Position numbers and translations under genes: made by a program. From NCBI GenBank assembly GCA_009103225.1, contig RHPI01002112.1, positions 10,449 to 74,448 of the forward strand: a DNA stretch of 64,000 bases, given 5' to 3'. The notes beneath the pieces are model-generated. The model saw only the letters and a list, made by a program, of their open reading frames with translations. It was not told where the DNA came from and ran no database searches. Shown piece after piece: positions 49,156 through 60,705 of the stretch. Within the stretch, counting starts at the first letter, position 1; every line of letters begins with the position of its first letter. The stretch comes from Chlorokybus atmophyticus. Its lineage: Eukaryota > Plantae > Mesostigma and Chlorokybus algae.

Positions 49156-50633
49156 AATAANGCTGGTGCAGAGTTTCACCTCGGGGCCTAATCCGCGTCA
49201 TTCAATGTGCATTACAACATAGGGTGAAATGCACTGTTGCATATGTACAATTGCATAAGAGTACTGTCACCAGCGCGTCATGCTCACAACCACCCACGAT
49301 GACACTCACGCCGCACAACCTCAGCCCGGGTACACATCACACCCGCATACACCGCGGCCACCCCTTGGGTGCGCAATTTGTCACAAGCGCGATTTCATAT
49401 GCAGCTTATACATTGTGATCTTGTGATGATGGTTGTAAAACATAGAGTAATAAACCGCAAGCAGGCACAATAAAAAAGAAGCAAACCAAACAGAGAAATA
49501 ATGACCACCCGCACAATACATACCGTTTTTCGTTGAATCAGCTAGGCTAGGGGTTTGGTGCATATGTGCGTGCAAGTGCAAAGTGCGAGAAAACACTCAC
49601 TTCTGATCTATTCAGTCCAACTTGTCTGTGTGCAAACTCGGACTATGCACAAACTCAATATATGCGCATTGTGCACGAAAAAAAAAAACACATGGCAAAA
49701 TACGAACATGTGTAAGCACTGCACACTCTACCCAAGCACGGCTAAAAGCTGGCTGTGTTAATGACTATGCAGCCAGCCTTTCACGCATACAACGAGGGTG
49801 ATTGTCTAGAACGTGTTGCTTTCTTCTTTGCAAGCACTTTGTGCAAACAAAGAAGTTGTCGCAATTCGCACAATGTGCATGCAACGAGGCAAATCGCGCT
49901 GTAGGCACATTGTGCATAATGCGAGGAAAAGCACACCTCACTGATGCACATATATGCCTGCCACCAATGGTGTACAAAGTATGCAATGAGGGGATGTGAC
50001 ATGCGCTTGAGACGAAGTTTGATTGTACATACAATCATACAAGTGCAAGGTAGGATTGCACATCACAGACCTGAAGTGCAGATTCAATAACGGACTCAAA
50101 CTAGCATGTCAGCCAGGCACACAAGCACATAAACCTAAACGGTTACTATTTTTGTGAAGAGAATGCATGGCTGAGGTCCACTTGTTGTGCGCTATGGTAT
50201 AAGACGGATACACCAGTGGTTCTCACTCTGAATGGTATGGCAGTCTGGCAATGGTCGGCTGAGACTGGCTTGCATTGGGCTCAGGTAGCTCTGCTCTCAG
50301 TATAACATATTGCGCAAGCAGATGGGAAAGACTTGCTTGATTCCAAGCTGGAGAGTGTAAAAACACCCTTTACCTCTCCTACATCCGAACGTATGCTAGC
50401 TATACAGGTACACACTACACGATATTACTATTTATACGCGTACACACGAGACCGACATACTATACTATACTAAAATTGTACTATACCATACTATATCATA
50501 TACTTCACTACGCTGTATACAAGACTGAACAACCAGTCCTGACCACCACACAACCCACTCGCAGAAACCTCACACCACCCACGTGACATGCATCCTAACT
50601 TTTCTCCCACCCTCCCACCCACCCACCCCATCC

Positions 50634-53600
50634 TCACACCCCCTCACTCCCCTCCCTCTTGAGATAACCACTCCCCTCCTCTCCCAGCAACCTCCTCTCC
50701 ATCTCGTGTCGCCTGTACCTCCCCCTCCACGCCACCGCGAGTCCGCACCCCGTCGCGGCCGCCCCGAGCATGACGTAACAGGCGGTCGACATGGAGAAAG
50801 GAGGGGAGGAGGAGGGACCGGCGCGGAGGGCGTTCATGACAAGGAGGAGGAGGCCGCCAAAGGCCTGACCGGACCACCATAGGAAACCTGAGAGAGGGNN
50901 NNNNNNNNNNNNNNNNNNNNNNNNNNNNNNNNNNNNNNNNNNNNNNNNNNNNNNNNNNNNNNNNNNNNNNNNNNNNNNNNNNNNNNNNNNNNNNNNNNNN
51001 NNNNNNNNNNNNNNNNNNNNNNNNNNNNNNNNNNNNNNNNNNNNNNNNNNNNNNNNNNNNNNNNNNNNNNNNNNNNNNNNNNNNNNNNNNNNNNNNNNNN
51101 NNNNNNNNNNNNNNNNNNNNNNNNNNNNNNNNNNNNNNNNNNNNNNNNNNNNNNNNNNNNNNNNNNNNNNNNNNNNNNNNNNNNNNNNNNNNNNNNNNNN
51201 GAGGGGGGGATAGCGTGGTATGAGCTGTGATGGGAATGCAGGTGCAGGCGCACAGTACTTTTGCGCGCTTGCCCGGATGCTTGACAAAGTGCATGCATGC
51301 GAGCATGCGAGACTTTTGTCTGCAACTCCCTTTATTGTGTATACGCATAACAAGCTCACTGTAGTGGCCATTGCAAGAGTATGCAAGCATGCAATCAGTG
51401 ATTGAAAGGCTACTACTTGTGCCACGACACATACGCGTGCACGTGTGCAAAACTACTAATAGTATGGCGCATACCCCAGGCTCCACCCTCTCATGCATGC
51501 AAGCACACGGAAACCACCCGCCCCCCCCCCCACTTCCCCACCCACCCCCACGTACCCGCCGACGTCGCTTCCGGCGCTGGCCACGTGCACTCCACCGCCA
51601 TCTCGAGCGCGCACGGCAGGATAGCGAACGCGAAGAAGCCCAGCAAGCCGCACGCCGCGCAGATCGGGCCGAAACGACCGTCCGATCTGGCTAAGAGCAC
51701 CAGGGCGAGGATGGAGGAGAGGGCGAGGAGGTAGGAGAGCTTGAAGACGGGGGCGAAGCGCTTCGTCTGTGAACGGGAGAGCGACGAGAGACAAGTAATT
51801 TGTGTTGGTAACGTACTGTTGTTCAGCACACGCGTGCACACGCACGAGCAGGAGAGTTGGGTCCACTTTGGCGGGTTAATACGGGCTTGAATGCAGGCCC
51901 TAAGTTGCTAAAGATGCTTGCGTTTGAGCCATGTGTGTACGAGTAGGAATGTCCATTTTAGGTATCAGAATATTGGCTTGTGTCTATAAACACACAGCAC
52001 GATGAGACACGCACACGCACGCACACGCACACACTGTTTCCCACCTTGTCGATGATGATGCCCGACGTGACGGCCCCGAACAATCCTCCCAGTATGATCG
52101 CGCCCCCGAACAGCCCCGCGTCGTCGGAAGAGTAGCCGTACGGCTTGACGATCTGCTCCAGCAGCGTCGTGAGGGCGTTGAAGACGCCGAGGGCCAGGCC
52201 GAAGGAGAGGAAGAGGACGACGTATGGGACCTGACGGGGGGGGGGAGAGCGTGTCTATGGAGTGGGGTTACACGCACGCACACATGATGAGCATGTAAAG
52301 TTGTACCAATGCCACGCACACATGCACCTGTGACCATGTCAATAACATCACCACCAACAACAACAATACACATGCTGTTTGCGTTAAGGTCACCAACCAA
52401 CCACCCAACATCAGTAACAGCAAGACCATCGCAACTGCAGCATTACTCAATCACCAATCCGACCACACAACACCCACGTTCCCACTCCAACACCCACCCA
52501 ACCCCACCCCGCCCCCACCCCCTACCCCCACACGCACACCACCATCACCACCCAACATACCCCGCTCCCTCACCTTTGAGAACACTCGTTTGAACCCCTC
52601 GACCAGCGGCAGCTCCTCCTCCGCCCGCGCGGCGCTGGCGGACGGCGGCAGCGGGGGCCTCTCTCGGATGACGAGGAGGGCGAGGGCGGCGGATGCGGTG
52701 CCGAAGAGGGCGAAGGAGAGGAGCATCGTCTTCATGTGGGGAGGGGCTGCGGGGTTGAGAGAGGGGTGGGTGGGGTGGGTGGGGTGGTTGACTGGTGTGG
52801 GGATGGTGTGGTTGGGGTAGTTGAATGAGGTGAGTGAAGTGCCGTGATGATGATGAGGCATGTAGTATGGAGGTGTGTGACAGAGATACAGGGACGGCGC
52901 GCGTGAGGTATCACATGTGCGAACGTCTCAAGGCTGCTTATGCACTCTACAAAGCACGGGTGCACCAGTGTAGCATGTGTGGGTGACCGCTGCACGCTCG
53001 CGCGTGCACACACCCACACATACACGAGCACGAATACACGCACACAGGCACGCGCGTACTATTGCATGCGTGCACGTATTGCGCAAGTGCGTGCCATCTG
53101 CATCGCACAACGGTCACCAGTACCTGACACGATGACGGGCGACAACACGGACGCGATGGCGATGCCGACGGGGTTGGCGAAGCTCATGGCGCAGTTGGCG
53201 AGGCCGCGCTCGCTCTCGCCGAAGAAACGCGCCGCGAACTTGGTGGTACACCCTAACAGGAACGGCTGCGCGCACGCCGTGACGGCCTGGTGGCAGGACG
53301 ATGATATTGTTGAGTATACCTTTGCAAACAACAACAACAACATCATCATCGTTGCTTGCCTGTCCGATGAAGACCACAGCGAATGCGGCGTGGCCGTCGC
53401 CGATAGCGACGTCGCCGATGTAGCGGATCCATAAGCCAATGGCGTTAGCCACAGCGCCCGCCAGCGTGCCCACACGCAGCCCTGAGACAGACAGTCTTGA
53501 GGGCCTAGGCGTTGCTGCCGCGTGTGACTCTACATTGCTCGCTTGACTGGAACAGTGTACCAGTATACGTGCAGATGTGTGTTCATTTATGCGTCCAGTC

Positions 53601-54184
53601 CGCGTGCGTGGCATGCATAACAACGCAACTGTGCACAGATGGTCCCTCTTCTCCCCCGTTTCCCAAATCAACCAACACATACACAAGCCAGCGCGCACGC
53701 ATAGGTAACCACTAAGGCCCGCTCACGCGTGCACGTGTGCCCACATGCACACCCCAACACGCACGCACACGTGGATGCACGCGCACGTGTGTTTGTGCGT
53801 TCCAACACAATCACGCCCCCTGGGCAGTGGACCGCTCATGCATGCAAGCACGCACAAGCATGCGGGTGCATGTTGGCACGCACGCACGCACGCACCTCTG
53901 ACATCCAGCGCCCACGTGCTGGCGAATCCCAGCGGCACGTATATTGCCATATAGCACCCGGCGAGCCAATTGACCGCCGTCAGCGACACGTCGTAGCGGT
54001 CGGCCGTTATGGAAGCGATGGGGGCGAAGGAGAACCAGGCCGCGGCGTTGGAGGCATTCAATAACCCAACTGAGACTAGGATGAACCAACGGAGGCGGTA
54101 CAGCGGGTACTTCTCAGGTCTGAGACTGCGCGCACAGTGATAGGGTGAGATGCGTGAGTCAGGCAGGCAGTGGAGGGTATGGGN

Positions 54185-54266
<82 letters not shown>

Positions 54267-55028
54267 TGCTGCTGTCTTGCACGTATGTGTGAGTGCGCGC
54301 GAGAGTGTGCGCGAGTGTCTGCATGTGTGAATGCATGCGCACGTAGTTGGTTGCGTGCGTGCGTGTGCGTCGATGCGCGTGTGCATACGTCTGTGCGTGC
54401 GTGCGTGCGTGTGTGGGCGTGTGCGCCTGTGCGTGTGCACACATGCTTCATCGTGGCCGATGGACTTGTCGCTTCTCGTTCATGCTTTGTGTCAACTTAA
54501 CTGCCAGTCACGCATGCGACGGGCGCTGAGTTTCACAGAGTCCAATTTCACTTCCTGTGCGAAAACAGAAGAACGCCACGCAGCCATGCAGACAACACCT
54601 CCACTCGCGTGCTTGCTTTGCCAGCGCAAAACAGCTGCCAGCTTCCCATACATGCCGTGTTATACTAGTGACAAACGCCGTACAGTTCCACAACCAGGCA
54701 CTATCGTTGAAAGTATCGATCAAAACAAGTTCAGCTCAGCTGTCTGTTGGCCCACAGCCATGCCCTGAACAGCAATGCACACACCCATGCGGCACATAAA
54801 CTGCCACAACACAGCACAGAGCAGCTGCTGCTCTCATTGCATTGCACCAGTTCACCTCAACGACACATCCCCCTGAGCGGTGAGGCTGCAGTCCGCCCCG
54901 GCGGCGGCGGCAACGGTGGCGTCGGAGGAACTAGCAGACGAGGCTGCGCTGTCGACGCTGACGATGGTGCCGGGCACGGCGGGATCATTGTCCTCCACGA
55001 GTCTTTTGGTATAGGCCTCGCCGTTCAT
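50634..55028 (-). CDS. MFS transporter of the SLC49/FLVCR family (SLC49A3/A4-like), multi-exon, interrupted by an N-gap
   Basis: YRLRWFIL..LLNASNAAAWFSFAPI, VNWLAGCY, ALDVRGLRVG, FIGQ|AVTACAQPFLL..KFAARFFGESERGLAN, PPLPPSASA, GVFNALTTLLEQIVKPYGY and LEMAVECTWPAPEATSAG. Confidence 0.88.
50899..51200. other. Assembly gap (N run)
   Basis: 302 consecutive N. Confidence 1.
54181..54265. repeat. Poly-G run of about 85 nt containing an N; likely partly a sequencing or gap-filling artefact
   Basis: Homopolymer with n at 54184, inside intron 1 of the MFS gene. Confidence 0.8.
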
Positions 55029-55697
55029 CCTGCTTTTCACCTGCTCCTCCGCCGCCGCCGCCGCCTGCCTTGCCTCCGCCGCCGCGGCCTGGCTGGCCGT
55101 GCTGCGCAGCAGTCGTGTTAGGGTCAAGTTAACTCGCAACCTTAATCGCGGTGGAGTTTATAACGACGACGGTGGTTGCATGGCCACCCCACCATGTGGC
55201 CCCCATGTGCGCCCCATGTACCGGCACGCGGATACCGGTAACTTATATCATCGCCAGCAAGGTGGTCGCGTTGACGTTCGTTCATTGACACTTCCTGCTG
55301 TGGCGGTAACGCACACATGCTGTGGTTATCATGTTACGTACGGCGACGTTATGTCTTGAGAAGAAGTGCGAGCATCGCAACTACGCTACAGGAGTACGTA
55401 AACGTAATGCATACAGTCAGTTCAATCGACCAGATTGTGTACGGTTACACAGGCAGTGCCGTCAGTAAGGCGCTTGACACGCGACGTGCCTCGCGGCATG
55501 GTTATCGCCAGGACGGGATGGGTTAACATGGGAGAACAAGTTAGGGCCCGACAGCTTCCAAATTGTTGGAAGTGTTGGGAGTCCCCAAGTTGGGACCCTA
55601 ATTTTGGGTCCCAAACGTAAGGGCCCTAACATCTCGATTCAAAAGGGACCCGCGGCAATTTTTTCTAGTGTGTGAGTGCCACGTGGCATGCTGGATT

Positions 55698-55728
<31 letters not shown>

Positions 55729-56047
55729 GCCGTGTTGAGGGAGTTGAGCAATTGGCGGGAGGCAGAGAGACAAGCACGACGACCAGCGTGCGGTTGCCCT
55801 GCATTGACGACAATGGCGACCATGAGGAGCAGCAGGACCATGACCACGCCGGCCGCCTGCTGCTGACGGTAGCCGTGCTGGGCGGCGGCGGTATGGCTTG
55901 CTGGTTGTCGTCCTTGTCCTCGTGAATGTGGTGGCTGGGGTCGCTGTGTGAGCTAAAGATTCTGCTGACATTGGGGAAGGCGGGGCAATTGTCCTCCGCC
56001 TCCTCCATCGCATTGTCCTTGTCGTCATCCTCCGCGTCCGCCAAGTG

Positions 56048-58999
56048 ATGGACCTCCCCAGCAGCGGCGGCGGCAGCGGGCGCAGGAGCAAGCAGCGTTT
56101 GTCGGACGATCTAGACCTCCTCCTTGACGGCCATGCCGGCGCAGGAAGCGGCGGCGGTGGCTGTGCTGGTTGGGTCTTGGGGCGCCTGAGGAGACGGTTT
56201 CCGCAACTGAGCGGCGGAGTCAGCGTTAGGGTGTGGAGGGGTCTGGGCGCAGCAGCGTGCGTGCTTGCAGGTGTGTAATGCAATGTACCACTTGTTGTTG
56301 TGTATGGAGGCATGTGTGTGTGCAACATAGCAGCATCAGCAGCAGCATTGTCACACACAAACACGTACATTCAGTGTGTGTGAGTGCCTTGCAAGGGCAC
56401 TCACACGCTGGCCCCCTTCCAGTCTGCTTTTCATGTCCAAGTTGTCATATTCAGGTTTCAGCAAGTAGCATACTGCGGGTGGGGTGGTTTACTACCGCGT
56501 TAATCAGACCAAGCTTGCTTTGCCAGTGTTACCAGATGAGAATTGCTGTCCAATCAGTGTGCATGTTGTGTTGCGCGGGGCTGTGCGTGCGTGCGTGCGT
56601 GCGTGCGAGCGTGGCACTGGTTACATGGTTTCAGTATTGTTGTTGCTGTCGGCGTGGTGGTGCTGCTGCTGGTTCTGATGTTGGTGGCAGTTATCTCAGT
56701 TTTGGCTTGGTTGTTGCAGCGGTGCTGCTGTGGGTTGGTGAGGCTGAGATCCTGCAGCGGGTGCAGTCGGACTCGAGCGCATCCCACTACGACCACCCCT
56801 ACTTCATATCATGGTAAAGCACAACATGAGAGACAGGCACGCACACATGCGCAGGCATGTGCACACGCTGTTAGACACACGCACACACCCTGAGCCACGT
56901 ATTCCTCGTGTCCATCAATTCGATGCGATTGTAGCAATATAAGTCCGTCAATCACTGAGTCATCTCCATCACACGCAGGTTTGTGCACAACGGCTACTGC
57001 CTTTTCGTCCCCGTGTGGCTGATCTATGCGAGGCGGCGGGCGGAGCCAATCAGCCGGGAGCACATCGCGCGCGTGGCCAAGGTCGCCATCATACTCGCGC
57101 CCGTCCTTACCCTATGCGGTGAGTGAGTGAGCGAGTGAGGGAATGAGTGAGTGAGTGAGTGAGTAACACAAGTGTTGTACGTTGTGTTATTAAGATAGTT
57201 TGGTTATGGTAGCATCACAAGGACAGGACAGAGCATGTGAATCTGCATGCTGTTGAAGACCACATCACGTTGGCCAGGAGTGTTTGCAACACAGTACGCT
57301 CTCGTGTGTGCATTATAGTTGACATGCTGACTAGGAGATGCATGACTGCTCTACAGCCAAACTCAGCGACACCAACTTATGCAACATCCCTGCCTCTCCT
57401 TCTCAGGCTGGCTCTGGTGCCTCTCCCTCCCCCGCACCTCCGTCTCCGCCAACACCGCCATCTACCAGTCCTCGTGCGTCTTCGTCTTCATCCTCTCCTC
57501 CTTCCTCCTCTCCGAGGCCGTCACGCTCCCCAAGATCGCCTCCGTCCTGCTAGCCGTCGGGGGAGTGGTCATTGTTAGCGTCACCGATGAGCCGATTGAG
57601 GAGAAGGGAGTGAGACAGACGTACCTGGGGTATATCTATGTGGTGGCGAGCACCGTGCTGTACGCGGCGTTTGAGGTGAGGGGTGAGGNNNNNNNNNNNN
57701 NNNNNNNNNNNNNNNNNNNNNNNNNNNNNNNNNNNNNNNNNNNNNNNNNNNNNNNNNNNNNNNNNNNNNNNNNNNNNNNNNNNNNNNNNNNNNNNNNNNN
57801 NNNNNNNNNNNNNNNNNNNNNNNNNNNNNNNNNNNNNNNNNNNNNNNNNNNNNNNNNNNNNNNNNNNNNNNNNNNNNNNNNNNNNNNNNNNNNNNNNNNN
57901 NNNNNNNNNNNNNNNNNNNNNNNNNNNNNNNNNNNNNNNNNNNNNNNNNNNNNNNNNNNNNNNNNNNNNNNNNNNNNNNNNNNGGGGGGCGGGGGCGGGT
58001 GACTGTGTGTGCGTGTGCGTGTGCGTTACGGCGCGCACATGAAACTATAGTTGTGTTGTGTGCATGCAGACGCACACAACACAACTAGGTGCATACGCAC
58101 GTGGGCATTTATGTGCGGGCACCCAAACACATGCACGTTTGCTCATAAGCATTCGCATAAGTATGCACACACACACAAGTGTCTCTCTTTCAGGTTTTGT
58201 ACAAGGTGGCCGGGCGGCACCAGGAGTCCGTGATGGACGCGTTCTTGTTCCTCGGCGTGAATGGCGTTGCCTCCCTCGTGCTCTGCTGGCCCATGATCGT
58301 CATCCTACACATATTTGGCCTCGAGACCTTCACACTGCCCGATGCAGCCACACTGCAGGCATGTGGCACACACACACACACAATCCAACCATGAGGGTTG
58401 TGTCTGTTAACAGCTTCCAGATGCGCACTTCCAGATGTGCACTTGCAGATGTGCACTTGCGTGCATGTTGTGTCACAAGTTGCACACATCCATGCAGTCA
58501 GATGGGCATGCACATGCTCGACCATGTACGCACGCATGTGCACGCGTGTGCACATACACGCGTGCGCACACAAGCATGAGCAATGCTATGTTGTTGCCTG
58601 CTTGCGTGCACGCGCGCATTGTGTTAGGGATTGCGCTCTCCATTAACACCTCACCTCTGCCCCCCAACCCAGGTCCTAATCATCAACCTTGTGATGGATT
58701 CCGCCCTCAACGCCTGCATCCTCATGGGCATCACCCTCTCCTCTCCCCTCGTCGTCTCCGTGGGCGTGATGCTCACCATCCCGGCCTCCATCGCGTGCGA
58801 CTGGGCCTTCCATGACTACACGCTGGGCACGCCCACGCTGGCGGGAGTGGCCGTCATCGTGATGGCGTTTGTTACATTAAATTTGAGTGAGTATTGCTGG
58901 ACTGGTCAGGGAAACATCAACAATGAGAAACGAGTGGGAGTGAACGGGAGAGGGGTGGAGGACGAGGAGACAGCTAGTCTTATCAAGAGTCCTATCTGA
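56048..58999 (+). CDS. SLC35F-like drug/metabolite (EamA/DMT) transporter, multi-exon, with an N-gap in an intron
   Basis: LLWVGEAEILQ, YDHPYFISW, LSLPRTSVSANTAIYQSSCVFVFILS..LSE, KIASVLLAVGGV, STVLYAAFEVLYK, GLETFTLP and LSSPLVVSVGVMLTIPASIACD. Confidence 0.85.
57689..57983. other. Assembly gap (N run)
   Basis: 295 consecutive N. Confidence 1.
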
Positions 59000-60705
59000 T
59001 GTGTATGTGTGGGGGGGGTCGTGCTCGGGATATTGCCCAGTTGTTCGCTTCTCCTTCCTTTTTGTTGTGTTGTACAGGATTATGTGAAAGAGTGTAGTAA
59101 GGCAGGTGAGATGTTGCGCCGTCTCTGTTGCCACTCCACAGTGGCCAGAGTTGTGTGTGTAGTATTTGGGGAGGGAGCTCTTAGTCCTCTATAAACAATG
59201 TGAGTTCATAGCCCCTAGTACTTACGTGACGTGCATAAGGCACAGCGCTAGTACGCGTGTTTCTCCTCCTGCAAGTGAGCGTTTGAACAAGGGTTTTGTA
59301 TGTGTACGACAGCTACTCAGCCATGTGCAGGAGACGCCTGTCTGACTGGCACACAGCTGTTACTGCATGAGTGGCATGTAAGCACGTCGTTGTTGATTAC
59401 TAGACTAGCACCGCACCCGACATAAGGTACAATGAGGGTCGCGCATCCTAACCTTCCTAGCATACTATCGCTTGTGCATCATGCCATGCACAACACATGC
59501 AAGAAGCTAGCGCACCCGGTGGACATTATGCCCATTCCACCTGAGGGAACTGCAAGGGAGACGGCTGGACTTGGTGGCAGCGGAGCCCCATCGCGACACA
59601 AGCTGCTCGATGTTGCCATCATAGCGTGGCAAGACCGCGGGAGGGCATGGCGGTGCTGACGGCGCAAGTTTGGCGACCAACGCCAAGATGCCTCTTACCC
59701 GTTAACAATGGAGACGCATGGCATGCTTGGTGAGGACTTTTAGCACGTGTTGTACCCGTACGCGCGCCACATCGTGGCGGTGTGAGGGGTGGAGCAGCAC
59801 CTGCTGGGTTTAAGGTGGCTCCGCCATCGGCGGGTGGCTTGCGCCTTGCAGTGGGCGTGAGCGATGGCCAGCATGGAGTGGGGAGCAGTGGCGGTGGCAC
59901 CCGTGACGGGCTGGGTGCCTGTGGGCTCAAATCGCCTCACCATGGAGGCAAACGCCATGTGCGTGTAGGTGGTTATTGGATGTACAGAGAATGCAATGCG
60001 AGATGTGCACAAAGATTGTATGCCACATATGCATGTACGGACCACTGTGGTGTACCGCGGTGGGTGCGCATGTGGTGTGATAGGGAGTGACTGGCGCAGC
60101 GTGCCATCATGATACACTGAAATGTAAACAGTGATTACTTTTACTGAGGGGATGTAGCGTTACTTACCCGCGACCTTTTCGTTTGGTTGGTGACTGCGTC
60201 TGTTCGGTGGATGGGTTTGCGCACTCTTGAGACCATGGAGTTAGCTGTGCCACAGTAGTACGCTTCTTCTTGAGCCATGATAGTGCAACATCTAAGCTTC
60301 GCCTTTACTACCCAACGCTGGCAAAAGTTGCAGCCTGGTGCAGTACAACAAGCTGATATTCAAGCTTCCCCTGATAGTGCACCCAGCACATCCCCTTGTG
60401 CAATCTCCAACCCACTGCTGGACCACATTGGTGCATATGCAGCGTCAGCTTCTTGGCTGCCAATCCAAACCAGTACGCCAGAACCCAAGTTACTACTCCC
60501 CAGCATCACTTCCAGTAAAGTAACCCAAATCACTCTGCCGACTACACACACGTTGTCAGACATCGCTGTACACTAATGGCTATCAATCCTACACCCAATC
60601 AATCAATCATATATCGCATGCTATATACCTCCACACCTTCATCCTCACGCAGCCACCAAGAGAAGCCCAATACCACAAGCGCAGTCATTACCACCTACCA
60701 CCACG

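Noticed and set aside
48875-49222. ORFs with (ER)n or (LS)n repeats
   Set aside because: They are translations of the (AG)n microsatellite next to an N.
53723-54500. Poly-Pro and poly-Gly ORFs (extensin-like)
   Set aside because: They derive from the intronic poly-G run containing an N, which is likely an artefact. The real coding part is the MFS exon.
55598-56044. 148-aa minus-strand ORF between the MFS and SLC35F genes
   Set aside because: It is low-complexity, GCC-repeat-driven sequence with no domain, probably a 5' UTR or promoter region.
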